A program made the translations under genes and the position numbers. Positions 49,116-62,898 of a stretch of 64,000 bases of DNA are shown here, in pieces (the first letter of the stretch is position 1; every line of letters begins with the position of its first letter). The notes under the pieces are model-generated. The model was not told the DNA's origin and did no database searches. It worked only from the letters and a program-made list of their open reading frames with translations. Source of the stretch: Peribolospora baueri (Eukaryota); NCBI GenBank assembly GCA_029717555.1, contig JAMDHS010000100.1, forward strand, positions 1-64,000, given 5' to 3'.

Positions 49116-50978
49116 TCACCAGCCACCGTTCGCCTCCGTGGCGTCCTCTGCGACCTTCTCTCGCTCCACCTTCCTAGGAGGGCTCCTCTCGCGCAGGTCT
49201 TCGCGATCGCGACGATCGTCGCGCTCGTCATACCCGCGGCGATGATCATCTTTGCGAGAGTGGTAGTCATCGTCATTGCGAGACCTGCCATAGTCCCTGT
49301 CCCTGTCAACGCGGTCGCGCCGAGGGGAGCGAGAGCGCGACGAGCGACGAGGCGGAGGTGGAGGCGAACGAGTCCGACCACCGGTGCGCTGCTCCTGCAC
49401 AAATGTCAATCATGTGAGAAACTGTTAATTTGCAGCTCAACAACTGCCAGAGAACGCTGATCAAGGCAACGAGCACAGCTGAACTTACAACAGGAGCTGC
49501 CTCGTCGACCCTGACAATGGCGCCGCGGAGATCACGGCCGTCCAGCTTGCGGATGGCATTGTCCATGTCATCCTTCGAGGAATACTCGAGAATACTGCGA
49601 AATAGGGGGAAGCGACGAGCACAAAGGTCAGAGAGACGCAAAGGTTGTTGTAGTCGATGTAAGAATAGGTCCATCCAACTGCGCTTCGAGTCGCTCACCC
49701 CTCGCCAGGTCTGTCCCTGTCGATGTCGGCAAAGGTGATGTCGCCAGCTTCCCTGCCGAAGTCCTTGAGGTCCTGTGTGGGTGAAGCGCCGATGGAGTAA
49801 AAGGACCGCCAGGCCGGGCAAATGCAGAAAGGAAGTGTGGGTGACCTGGATCGCAGAAGGGCCGTGGTCCGCGCCTGGGAATGCTCCTCGAAACGCCAGC
49901 CAGTGAGAATGTCCAGAAGAAAAGCCCATTCGAGGCCGCGCTCCATCACGCTGCACAAGGAATCCGAAGGAAGGGTTTGGACCTGCCATCGCGGCTCCAA
50001 TGGGCGCGTCCTCGACGAACCGTCGCCTTGAGCGATGGACCTGGATGTAGTCCTCCAGGAGACACGTGCCATCCACCGTCAACGATCCATAGTCAAGGGC
50101 CGAGGAAGGACAGGCACCCGACCCTAGAGCAGGTCTCCATGGCTGAAGAGAGCGAGGGAGCCGACTTGACATCGACTCCAACCGCGACACTTGTCCAAGA
50201 GGTTGACCGAATCCATCCTCGTCCCACGACGACTCAAAACGAAAGGAATGCGCGTCCGCTACCAAGCCGAGCGACCGAGAAACTCCTATCCGACGCGAAT
50301 GGGACGAGGACAGTTGCGCACCTGCCAGCTGGTCTCGCGAGAGATCCCCGAAACGATGACGCGAAATTGGCCGCGACGAAGCGGGCGAGGCCTGACAAAG
50401 GTAGAAGAAGCCGAGAAATGAGACAATTTGTCCCGCTAAGTCGTTTTTTATATATCTGAGCGCAGATGGAATTTTCACTCACCCGGACCTCTCGTACCCG
50501 CCATAGCCGCCTCCGTAGCCACCGCCACCGCCGTAGCCGTGAGGATCACGACGACGAGGCTCTTTAGCAAACTCGACAATAACGCTGCACAAGCAAGTGA
50601 GCACAGCCTGTCAGCTTGGCAAGTGGTGGACAGAAAAATTACTCGCTACTCGTCGAGGGCAATGGTACGCACGGCTCGCCCAAAAGCCGCTTGCCATTAA
50701 AATCGTGCACGGCGTCTTCGGCATCCTGTGTAGCGTTTCCGAGGAGAAAGAGTAAAAGTCAAACGCCATCAAAAAGATACCGACACGCAAGCAATTCGCG
50801 GTCTGGATTCCTTTGAAACCTTTCTCACCCTGGTGTGCTCGAACTCGACGAAACCGAAGCCGCTCATGAGGCGGATGTCGGCGAGGCGTCCATAACCTTT
50901 GAAGAACTCGTCGATGTCGCGACGAGTGACTTCGAGAGGAAGACGACCAAGATAGACGCGACGAGAAGGGTAAGCCAT
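49116..50978 (-). CDS. SR splicing factor with RRM + pseudo-RRM + RS domain (Srp2 / SRSF4-5-6-like)
   Basis: RVYLGRL, GFGFVEF, ETSWQ|DLKDFGR, RSRSPRR/RD-rich tail. Confidence 0.93.
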
Positions 50979-51206
50979 CCTGACTGCTGTCTGTGTTTAC
51001 GACACTTGGTGGATGGATGGAGGGATGGATGGCGAGAGGAAGGCGAGAAGAAAGGCGAGCGCGGGCCGCGATGGGAGACGAGGCGGGCGGCGTTAGGCGG
51101 AGATGACCCCGCGCGCTCCGCTCTAACCCCACACCTCGTGCTGAGAACGCCGAGAAGAGGCCGACCAGAGACGGTCGTCAAACGACCAAGGCGGATAGGT
51201 ACGTCG

Positions 51207-54200
51207 ATGGATGGACAAATGTCGTCGACAATGGGCCCCTACCCCGCACCTTCTCACTCTCATCAACGCCACCACCATCCGCGCGACCCTGGCCCGTCGT
51301 CCATTCCGCCTCCGGCTCACGGCTCGGTGCATGCCTGGCCAACGGGGCCGGGTGTCGCAGCTCGCGATCCAGGAGAGAGCGGCGTTGCCCCGGACATGAA
51401 GGGGGCATGTCTTTCATGTCGAAAAGCCAAGGTGAGTATTGGCCGCCTAGGGAGGGGTAGGGGGCTAGGGGTAGCTATGGTTGCTATCTATGGTCCTCAC
51501 TCAGCTTGCCGTGGCAACTTGTCCAGGTGAAATGCCTCCTCATCGACCAAAGTCCTTGTGAGAGGTGCGAGAGGATGGAGAAGGACTGCGTTTTTCAACG
51601 GCACAAGCGAGGTCGCAAGCCGGGGAAAATGTAAGATTTTCTGTTGTGAGGGCTTTTTTGCTCGCTCCCATTACTTTGTTGACCATAACTCTTACCCTTC
51701 TTCCCCGATCCGATGTCGCACAGAATCGACCGACAGGTCGAGACGCGCATCAAGGCTCTCGTGGGCATCCTTGAAGAACTCAACAATCTTACCGCTAAAA
51801 TGCACAAGTCCGATCCAGCTCTATCGCGCCTAGTCCACGGCATGGCCATGCAGATGGCAGCCTCCGATCGCTTTGCTGACTACTTGCCGTCATCTCTCGG
51901 CTCTCAAGTCGCATATTCTCCTTCTACGTCTTCAACCCTGCCGTTGCTTGGACAGGCTTCCTCCCCATATAGACGCTCTCAGCCTGCTATCCTTGCACAA
52001 AGTCTACTCGAGATCGAGGACTCCCAGGCATCGTCGACAATACCTCACGCTGTTCAGACCTATTCAAATCCGCTGAAGCTTCTCGCACACGCCAGCGAGA
52101 CAATGGATCGTGAGGGTTCCGAGGCCGTGGAGACCGTTGATTGGCTTGGAGGCGGAACAGATTGTGGACGTGGGACGGAGCACGACTTTGTCGGTGGCTC
52201 GTCTTCGTCAGGGCCGCGGGGGCGAGCACGAGGGGGAACGAAGACGAGTTACTTCAATCGTGGCGTGCTTTTTCCCGTGAGTGTCACCTTTCTTGACCGA
52301 AAATGGACATACCTGCCTGACAATTACTGTTGCGGTTGAAAGGTTTATGACAACAACCCAGAACTTGATCCAATATCAAAGGGCCTCGTGACGGCGGAAA
52401 AAGCGGAGGAGCTATTGGAACTGTGAGTAGAGCTGGCATCAAACTCAACGCACATGTTCCGTCGCTAGGTCTTAGTCTCTTCTCAATCACATTTTATCTC
52501 AGCTTCTACAACCGCTTTCAACCACACCTCCACATTTTCGACCGTCATCTATCCACTCTGACTTACATCCGACGGCGCTCGAACCTCCTCCTCACCGTGA
52601 TCTGCGCTGTGACTACTCGCTTCAGCGATTCTCCGGAATCGGCAAAGTTCTCCGACAAGCTTTACGCCTATATGCATGATGTCCTTCTTCCGGATATATT
52701 CGCCGGATCGTACAGAAATGTGGAGGTCGCTCAGGCATTCATCATCCTGTGAGTATTTTTGAGCGTCAGCACTGGCCTTTGCCACCCTTAAGCCTCTCCG
52801 TTTGCTATGATCTTCCTTCCCTGTGATCCAGAACCGCCTATCATCCCATGGTAGACACCGCCATGGCTGACCAGACGTGGAGTTATCTGGGAGTTGCCAG
52901 TGAGCGATCCTTAGGGCGCGTTCTTTGCGGCTCTTTTCGTCCTGAATCTCATTCCCCTCTTCCTGCCCAGTGCGCATGTGCACCGAACTGGGATACAATC
53001 ATAACTTGCACTCGTACACTGTGCCTTCCCATCAGAGGACAGATATCCACATGCGTCAGGTGCGAAATCAAGAGCGACTCTGGATCAGTCTGTTTGTGAT
53101 TGAGAAAGAGTGAGTATGACTGTCCGAGCGCAGCGTTTTGGATGGAACAATTTGATTTAACAAGTGCGCAGACCTGTTCTGACCTTCTCTTTCGTCCGTA
53201 AATTTTTATTTGTCTTGAACAGCCTTTCCTCACAAAGAGGTCAACGTTTCATTATGGGCGAGGACGGGGTCATTGCGACATGCTCTTCTTGGCACAAGCA
53301 GCCGTATGCCCTTCCTGAGGACGAGTTTCTGATCGCGTCCTTGGAGTTGCGTCGTATCATGGTAAGACAAAGGCATTGATTGTCTCTATTTTGTCGCTCC
53401 GAGCTCGAAACATCTTGCTTCTTGTGAAATTTTGATGACACCCCCGGTGTTGCCAGACTCGACATTCCGATTACTTCAATGCGCACATCTTGCATTCTCT
53501 CGCTCTGCGCATCGATCGCGAAGCACCAGCGGAGGGCTCGTCCATGGGAGGAGCGACTGAACGTACGAAGCAGCTCGGGCTCCAGCTCGACTTTTTTCGC
53601 TCCGTCGTACATGCCGATCTGCAGCGGTGGAAGGAGGTTTGGCTTTTTGGGGCTGGGCAGCCCACGTACTCTGGTGAGAGGCCCCACTAATTTTTTGGAC
53701 GGTCTGTCTGGCCAGTTTGGGATGTTTACCAAATGCTTTTTTTAATCAGGCGACACCTTCCCGTATCAAGCGAAGGGCGAACTGTCATTTTGTTACGCCA
53801 CTCTCCTGGCCCTAGCGCTACCTCTCCGGTCCCGCATGGACGATTCGTCGGACCACCTTACCCCAATCTATACTGGCTGCTACGTCGCTGTGGTTGAGTA
53901 TTTGGCCGTCTTTCTTGACCGACTCGACGGAGACGCTCTTCTGTATGCCCCGGGTGCACAAGTAGTCACCGCAGCGTATTGTGCCGTTTTCGCTTTAAAG
54001 GCGAGTTCCACTTTATCTCGCTTAAAGCAACCGCCATCCTTGACTCACTTTACCTTCGTCTTTGTATCCACAGTTCTGTTCGCTTCCCCAGGAGAAACGT
54101 ACCTTCGTCTCGCCGGAGCAAGTGATATCTCTCGTATGCCGACTTGCACAAACCCTGACGGCCTGGAGCAACTACTTATGTCATCCAAGTGCTGCATCGA

Positions 54201-54712
54201 CCTCGGGCAGTTTTGCTGAGCATCTCCTTTCCGCCCTCGACGCGGTAATGACTTCAAAGGATCTCTCACCTTCGGGCAACCGTAGGGGTATATTTGCCCA
54301 CCCGACGCAGATGACCTTTCAAGCCGAAGTCCTCCCATCCTCGGCTAGTAACCGTGCGAACGAGGCCCCTACCGTGGACATCGCGACGGGGACACGCTCG
54401 TCTTCGCCTTTGAAACAAGTCCCTGGGCCTCCGAAATTCGGTGCTACAACGTTTGGGTTGGCAGAATTAGGCCAACCGAATCCCGATGTTTGGGACTTCT
54501 CTCAAATAGGTCAGTCGGTTGTTTCGCGTGCTCTCTGTCTCGTCATGTCTAGGATTTACTCAAACCCATTGCTGCCCCCTTTCCATTCGTACCATATAGA
54601 GGTGGGAGAGGCACTCTTCGACCAGATGGCTGCTCTTTTCCCTTCGCTTGAGAGTAGTGTCAACGAAAGCAGTGCAGATTTTGTGCCCACGTTTAGAAGA
54701 GATGGGTTGTAG
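51207..54712 (+). CDS. Zn(II)2Cys6 fungal transcription factor
   Basis: CLSCRKAK|VKC..CERC..DCVFQRHKRGRKPG; NPLKLLA; LDPISKGLV; LLTVICAV; ERLWISLF middle homology region. Confidence 0.9.
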
Positions 54713-55089
54713 TTATATATCATTCTGGTGTCCCTTCGGTCGGAGGGCCTGGTAGTCGTTCGATCATATAGCCGCATCGGAGGTTGGGCCTTCATGTGTT
54801 TTTTCAATGAACCTGGTTAACGCTTGATGGGCCATTGAAGTCAAAGTGAACGGACAACGCCGGCGTCCGACTCGAGAGAGGACCAGAGGGAAGATGGCAC
54901 ACATCCATTACGAAGTTCGTCGCCCCCCGTCGTGCTCGCCAGGCCTGACAGCCCCTCTCGCGCGTACCTTGCAATGCAGTCCGCAAGTGATCGGCGTTCA
55001 TCTTAACCGCAGCAACGAACAACATCATTCGCAAGCAATGCCGTACGTGATACGAGACATTCACTACTAGGGTATCGTCTACAGTGTCC

Positions 55090-56786
55090 ATGGACGGCAA
55101 CGACAAGACATCGGCGCCCCAGGCCATACCCATCACCGTCTTCACGTAAGGTTCCCTTCTCCTCTCTTGCCCTCGGGGAGCCGCAGTTGGAGGCTCACCT
55201 CCGCGACACCGCCGTACGTCGACAACAGAGGATTCGTCGGCGCTGGCAAGACGACCCTCATCCTCAATCTCCTTCCTCAGTTGCCGTCTGACTATAGAGT
55301 GAACTGGTCTAGCTTTCAGACGTGGTGGCGTACATCAATTAACTTCTGGAATTGTCTGCGTTTCCCCTCACAGGTCTGCATTCTCAAGAATGAGCTTGGC
55401 GACGTTGAAATCGACAGCAAGCTCGCTCAACAGTCGTCAGTGGCCGGTGTCAGCGAGATTCTCAATGGCTGTCAGTACGCGTGTCTCTCGGCTTGGACAG
55501 CACTTTGTCTGTTGCCCTCCCTCACATTTTGCATCATTCAATGAAGGTCTTTGCTGCACCCTAACTGGTCAGATGCGAGCTGGGATAGTAGGTATTACTT
55601 TTCTCCTTGATGGTTCCATGACGAGTTAATGAGCTGATTTCTCCGTGTGAAGATGGAAATCAAGGGGAAATATGCGCCAGATCGTATCCTTGTGGAAGCT
55701 TCCGGCTCGGCCTTTCCAGCGACTTTGGCGCTGCAGATTAAGGAGCTGGAAAGGGACACGGCAGGCGCATTGCGGTTAGATGGAGTCATCACTGTCATTG
55801 ACTGTGAGGTGAGACGTTTCCGCTAATCTCAGGAATAGGTTTTTTCTTCAAGCACATTTGACCGACATCTGTGCCAATCCAGAATTTTCGAGGTTACGAG
55901 GACACTTCGCCTACCGCCAAGATGCAAGCGCGGTATACTGACCTCCTGCTTCTGAACAAGCACGAGAATGTGAGTGGATCGCGCTCGTCTCGGTCGCGGC
56001 CGTCCGGAATACTGATAGCAGACGTCATCGCTTGGAAGCTTTCCGAACGCGCTCTAGATGTGGTGCTAGATCACGTCTTCGAACTCAACGAAGACACACC
56101 GAAACTGAAGACGAAGGCGGGCTCTGTCGAGCCGTCCGTCGTTTTTGGGCTCGACAGTGCGCTTCTTGACAAACTGAAAGGCGCTAGCAGCGAGGAAAGA
56201 GCCAAATTCGGTGTCGATGCTGGCACGCACAGCGATGAGATCGAGACAGTCAGCGTGTGGAAAGGAGGCTCAGCACCCGGACGCTCTAACCACCACCATG
56301 ACCATGGATCGCTGGTTGATTGCTCGCAAGACGGAAAATGTGTAGACGGAGACCAACAAGGCGGCGAGCGTGGGGAATCCCTCTCATTCTCACCCGAACA
56401 GCTCATTGCGGCTTTGGACGCGCTCTCGACAGAGAGCGTATGGAGAGTGAAGGGCTTTGTCCGGTTATCTTCACCTCCGGCCATTGATGGCTATAACGCA
56501 TCGTCTGCAACACCACTACCCTCAAATGTTGCTCTCTACAGTGAGTAAACGTGCCCCGTGGTGTCCCGCCTGTTATCCTTTTCCTGGCTCATCCCACTGA
56601 CGGACTTATCTTTCCTCAGTCTGCAATTGGGCGTTCGGCCGACACAGCTTCACGCCTGTCGGTCAAGGTGTCCAGGCGGACATCCAGGACATCGGCCTGC
56701 GTCTGACGATGATGGGAGCGCGGGGAGAGCTCAAGTCCAAGGCGCGCAAATTCGCTCTGGCGCTGGGCGCCAATGTCAACTTCTAG
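55090..56786 (+). CDS. CobW/COG0523 (ZNG1-like) metal-chaperone GTPase
   Basis: PITVFT|GFVGAGKTT, KNELGD, spliced NGCLCC, LVEASG, LLNK, His-rich linker, WRVKGF, NWAFGR. Confidence 0.92.
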
Positions 56787-58358
56787 ATCCAAATCATTCC
56801 CGCTGTGGACGGGTACCTTAGATAGAGAAATAGAAATAAAGGCGGAACTGTCGGGGCGGCCGTGCTCCTCTCGACCGCCTTCTTTGGACAATTACCATGG
56901 CTTCCCGATTGTGCGGGAGCATGCTCCTATCCTGTATGTGCGCATGGAGCCGGGAGAGATAATGAACTGAGCGCTGCACGTCTCACAAGTCTCCTTCCGG
57001 CTGTTGGTCCTTTCCGCTTCTTCCTCCGTGGTCTTTGCCGTTTCCCTCGCCGCTTCTCCAACTTCGACGTCGTCAACGCCACCTGGGAAAGCTCTGGACG
57101 ATGGCGGTGTGGTTTTGGACTCACCTGCTCAGGACGACAAGCGTGCAGCCAACGCACCTTTAATTTCGTCGTCATCAGAGCGATTTTCAATAGCGAAGGG
57201 AGGTCCTCAGGAGCCGGCATCCCGCTGGTCTCCAACGGGAGAACGTAGGGAGCCTGTCAATCACCGCCTCAGCATCTCCTGATACCCTCTCTCCGCTATC
57301 TCCTTTCCAGCGTCGTCATAAGCATCGACCAACGCTACCAACGAGAGGGCTATGGGATCGGCGCACTTTGCCAACGGAGACGATGTCTATCGTGCTATTA
57401 AACATCGGGTCATGACGGGTATTGCTTTCTCACGTTTCCTAGAAGACAGGAGCCGTGTCTTCTTCTCCCCTCCTTTCTTCTTCCCGCCACACATCTCCCC
57501 TTCCTCCTGCTCTTGTCTCATCTCATGCCCTACCACTCATTCACCTTCATCTTTCCATGTCTTTGTCTTCTTCCACAGAAAAACAAATTGTATGGAATTA
57601 ACAGGAAGACCGGCATGATGCCATTCAGCACCACGTAGCGGTGCTGCGCACGCACGGGCAGCTTGACGCATTTTCAAGGCACCCAGTGAGTCTTGTGCAG
57701 CTTCATTTAGACCGGTACCCAACCATTCATTCTGCTCACCGACGACCTTCTTTTTACCCTTCCAGGACTGTATGAGCTACAGAGATGACACCCGGGGGAG
57801 GAAGTGTATCGTCTTGAGGGAAAGAGGAAGACAGACAGTAAGTGCAGCCCCTTCTCCCCACTACGTGGTTACCCGTTATCTTCCGATATGGACAACACAT
57901 TCATGACGTTGTCCACTTGCAACTTTGTCTTACAGACTGGCATTGGTCCTATTCAAGACGGTACTTGTACCTTCCTTCCAATTACTTAAAGGGTTAACTA
58001 AGCATCGAGTCACGGTAAAATTGGAAGATGGGCGGGAACCGCGTTCAGTCGTGAGCGGCTTGAATTGGACAACAGGCCAGGGGGCCACCTGGTTTCTGGC
58101 TAAACTGGACCATGCTGTGCTTGATCTGTAACCCCAGTCATGTGTGCTGAACCGTTGTTTAGTCCAGACGTCCTGCTCCTACGATTGTGACCTCAAGCGA
58201 AACTTGTACACGTGCGCGGAGGAAGGGTCGTCCCGGCAACGAATGCATCCTGTCACCGATTTTACAGAAAGTCTATTATGACCTTGTCGGGGTTGCAAAG
58301 GCCATCAAACGGGTGGTTATACTCGTATCTAACAGTCAACTCGACCCATTCCCCCATC

Positions 58359-61234
58359 CTATTCGTCCGCGAGTACGGCGAACGCGTTCGAGCCTCCCTG
58401 GGCGTCCAGCGCGACCTTGCCGCTGGTCCCGCCGCTTATCTTCTGGTTCTTCCTTTGTCGCTTCTTTTCCGACTTGCTCTCTCCCACGAAGATGGCCGAT
58501 TCCAGATCCTCCTCCACCGCGCTGAGCACTTGCGCGTACTCCTCCTCGTCCACACCCACGTCGTACTGGCCAAACGGAGGCCGAGAGGCGCTACCCTGGC
58601 GTACGGCCGCTTCAAGAATAGAGTGAAAGATGCTGCCCTCATAGAAGACGTGAGAGGCAGGTAAGGGCGCAGGAGTGAGGAGGAGGCTTTCGGCGAGCTG
58701 GTGGGACGCATCAAGGACAAACTGAAAGGTCGTGGAGAGGTGGATCGCCCTTGACGTCGGCCCGGAGACGTTCGGAGATTCGGACGGAGAGAACATTGCC
58801 TGTCCGCGGGTTGCCTGTTTGCGCCAACGACACGCCACCAGGCCCGCCCTGACGGCAGCTCTCACTTCCTCGCGCCTCCACAAACGTGAACGCTTGACGC
58901 CCGCATTGATCATCTCTCCGCGAATGATGTGTCGTAGAGAGGCGACCAGTGGAAGCAGAAAGGGTGAGACCGTCTCGAGGGCGACACGGGAGGATAAGGC
59001 GTGAAGGTAAATGGCGATCCGCGTAGACTCTGGCAGCGACGGCGCAGGCAAGCGTGTCGGTTGCATGAGAGCGAGGAGTTCTTCAGGAAGTTTTCCATAT
59101 CCAGCCTCGGCAGCGCTGGCTGATAGCATGTGCTCGAGAGGCACGATTAGCACCGGCTCAGACCGGAGTCGTTCGCCTTTTCTCACATACTCCACGACCA
59201 TAGCGTCTGGCTTGTCCTCCTTCTCCTCCGCCTCGTCCTCGTGCACCGAAGATTCCGGCGTCGTGATGTCGGTAAGAGCGTCCAGGTCTTCGTCCACAGA
59301 CGTCTGGCCATTCGGATCCTCTCCGTCGGAATCCTGCTCCCTGCAAGCATCTGGGCCGCGGGCCCAGCTCAGACCCCAGGCCGAAAAGACGACAGCGTAC
59401 CACCACCGCCGAATATCCCTTGCCAGGGTGACGTTGTTGCTCTGTCTGTCGGGATCTTCGGGGAACACTTTGGGTAAGAAGATCCGATGAGCCATGACCT
59501 CGAGAAGGGTGGGATTCAGGCGTCCGCTCTTGTATGCTTCGAGGTAGAGTGCGAGAGCCTGGCGACGAGCGCAGAGCAATTCGGCCGGCGCCAAGACGAT
59601 GACGCCGTTGCTCGACGACGAACTGCTATTGATCTCGGTCTCCCAGGCAGCAAGGTCACCCTCGACCCCAGAGTCATTATGCGCTCCATCCGTCGCCATG
59701 CCCTCCACCCCTCCTTCTCCGATCCAGAACTCGTCAAGTTCCTCGGTGCCCGAGAACGCCATGACGCGACTGTACGTGCAGACGCTATCGATGATATCCT
59801 GCACCACCTTGTCACGCTCTCCTGACACGATAAAGTCATGGTCACTCCCACCTCGCCCGTCCCCTCTTCGTCGTCCAGCAGAACGAGCGTTCGCAAGAAG
59901 AGCGTCCACAGAAAACTCGACCATCTGCCGGACAGGGTCGAGTGCAGGCATGCCGGAGGCGGCGCTCCCCGCAACCGAATCACCGCGTGCAAACTTGCGC
60001 CACTCGTTTTGGATCGCGCGCGCGGCTTCATAGATCCTCTCACTGCTGGACATACCCTGGAAGTAGAGGTGGCCAAAGTCGAAATAGTCGTTGCCGACCA
60101 ACGCCGCCAGCAGCGGAAGCAGGGATGCAGGGATGGAAAGATGGACGGCGAGGGCGTGGGCAGAGTATGCAGCGAGTCGGACACCAGACAGGCGAACCTC
60201 TGAGGAGAGCCTCGGCGGCGGCGTGCGCGAAGGGCGTGAAGAGAGTTGTGGGTCACGGCGTGGGTCCCATCGAGTCTTGCCCTTCTTTACCGTCTGAAAC
60301 CCATCATCGTCGGCAGACGCCTCCGTGCCACCGTCCACGCCTGTCTCTTCGATCTCCCAGGCCAGCTCGTCAAGAGGGACGTACCCTTTTCCGTTCCTCC
60401 CTCTGGCGCAGAGAACGAAATAATCTGAATCTTGGCTCACAGCGTACCCTCCTAAAGCTTCAGCAAGCGCTGCAACGCTCGAGTCGGCTTCGGTGGCGGC
60501 GAAGCGCACTTCCACGTTCGCAGATGAATTTCGGGAGCAGGCGGCGGAACCGCAGTGATCCTCCACGGGCCCGTACAAAGAGTCGATGGGAGCATAGCAA
60601 GGTCGAAAATCGTCAAGCGCGGCCAGCGTCGCTTGATAAATCATGGGAGCGAGGAGGCCGATGTCGCGCTGAAACTTGCGCGAGGAGCGAAGTGAAGGCG
60701 AAGCGCGCATGAATGATGAGTTATTGCCGACGAGGCGAGAGAGACGGGAGATGACGGTGGCATGCTTGAGAGGCGGAGTTGGACCGTCAAAGATAAAGAT
60801 GGGGCGCAGACCGACAGCGCTGCAAGCATCGGTGGGTTAGAAGGAGAGAACTGACGTGAGCGGGTCGATGAAGCGGCCACGTATGTACTCACATCCATGA
60901 GGCCACGATGTCTTTCACGAGCTCCTCATATCGAGCGTAATCGCCTCCTTTGTGCCATTCACTGCAGAAGCCCATATAGACCTTCCGGTTCAAAGAAAGC
61001 CAAGACAGGCGATTATCAGCGAGGCCCGACAGACATTGGTCTCCTGTCAAAGGTCTATATGCCCACCCAAAAAATGAACGCCCATCCGTCGATCACCAGC
61101 GCCGTCCGTTGTCGCCCATCGCCGCCGGTCGCTCCCGTCACGCCGTCTTCGTTTGTCCAGAATGGAAGCAAGATATCAGTGGCGACGGTGCGCCTGATTC
61201 TGGTGGCGAAACCGCCCAGGCCCTTGACGCCCAT
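58359..61234 (-). CDS. Asteroid-like XPG/PIN-fold nuclease-domain protein
   Basis: MGVKGL, LVIDGWAF, GGDY, FIFDG, EAD, SQDSDYFV, LAALVGNDY. Confidence 0.88.
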
Positions 61235-61543
61235 AGTCAGTGACAATGAGGAGCTTGGATTGCGATGCGACCAACGGCGTCAATCGGACGATCGACGAAC
61301 GCCAAGCCCGCGTGAAGCCGTCTCTGGCCGCCGACAGGGCGAGAACGAACTCAGAGCCCGATCAGCGAAAACTCATCGGGAGTTCTTTATAAATGGGGGG
61401 ACCTACGGCACATGACATGCGAGCCCTCTGGCCGGCAGCCAATGTCGAAGTTGGAATCGCAGTTGGACTTGGGTCTTTCAGCCACCAGCCAAGTTGAACA
61501 AAGAGATAGGCGGAAATTCCAGTCGAGATGGTTTCGTACATGT

Positions 61544-62648
61544 TCAAGCTTCGGAGCCACTCGCGCCACCTAAGAAATATCGTGTGCATGTCCATCTGCT
61601 CTTCTCGCCTCCTTCCACCATCTTGGCCGCCGACCGAATTGAGCCCTTGGCCAGTCTCTCGGCCCTCCTCTTCTCGAACAGCGCCCTGTACTTGTCGTAT
61701 CCTTCCCTGAACGACTTGTCGACGCGCCCTGAAAAGATGATCTCGCCCCTGGGGTTCGAGCTCGGCGGAGGGGGGGCGAGCGGTGCTCGTCGCGTGCCTG
61801 TTGGTGAGGAGCCTCGCGAGGAGGAGGGGTCCGACTGGGCTGGCGAGCGAGGCGGTGAAGCTGCGAGAGGCGACTGAGGTTGCGCAGAACGCGGATAGAA
61901 AAAGTGCCACAGTCGGGAGAGTCGAGAGGGTGGAGGGAGGACGCGAGTGTTGAGATGCATGTTGAACGGCCGTAATGCTCGATTGGCCTGGGGGACAAAC
62001 CTGGAGCCCAACGAACAGGACGGAAGGTGAATCGGAGCGTCTTCCTCCGACGATGCATCGGGCTACTCACTTGTTTGCATAGACGACGCGTTCCGAGTAC
62101 ATGCCACTTGCAAAGAAGAGGAGCAAGCTGGTGACGCAGACGAGCAAGAGGCCAAGGTCGAGGTATTGCAAGTAGATGTACTTGGGTTAGATTGGATTGG
62201 GAAGGAGGTGGGTGTCATACATTGTCAGCGGCTATCTTCATATGGCGTTAGAGGGAGAAACTCACTTGGCTCCTGGCCATCAGCACCTTCCACGCAAACC
62301 AGACGATCGCAGCGCAAAGGCCCGCCAGGAAGACTTGGGAGTGGCGAGAAGAACCAACGAAAGAGAGAAGGGAACGAGATAGGAGAGATGACGGAAGGAA
62401 TATCAGAAACGTCAGCTCGAGTCGAACCCCTCCAGAAAGACGCCGAGGAATATGGCGCAGGGAGCCCCAGACTTACGCTCATACTTCCTCTTCCTCTTCT
62501 GCAGCCTCTGGGCATTCTGCTTGAGCCGCTCCTCGAAGATGAGCAAGTCCCGGTATGTCTGCTGGTCCGCTGGGGGAGAGAAGGATTCTCCGGAAGAGGA
62601 GGAGCGATGGGAGAAGGGCGAGTGACCTCGCTTGGAACGAGGCGGCAT
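61544..62648 (-). CDS. SPO7: Nem1-Spo7 phosphatase regulatory subunit
   Basis: YRDLLIFEERLKQN..LQKRKRKYE, two hydrophobic segments, FVPQANRALRPFNMHLN, FREGYDKYR. Confidence 0.88.
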
Positions 62649-62802
62649 TCGTGCGAGATGGAGGAGGGGATGGAGGACGGTCCGCGTGAGTCTATGGATT
62701 GCCGTGGCGATTAGCAGCCTTGTTATTGGCGATTAGCCCAGCTTGTTAATGGCGCCGAGCCGCTGTCCGCACCCGCCGATCACGCCAAATACGCGGCGGC
62801 TA

Positions 62803-62898
62803 TGACGGACGACGGGCGACGGCGACAACAACAACAAGGACGACGACGACGGCGACGACGACGACCACGGCCACGACTACGACCACGACCGGCCGACA
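62803..62898 (+). repeat. Degenerate (GAC/AAC/CAC)n trinucleotide tract between SPO7 and RCY1
   Basis: gacgacgacgacggcgacgacgacgaccacggccacgactacgaccacgac. Confidence 0.75.

Noticed and set aside
49306..50478. 390-aa ORF in the track
   Set aside because: It runs through introns and out-of-frame exons of the SR gene, has no recognisable motifs and no convincing start
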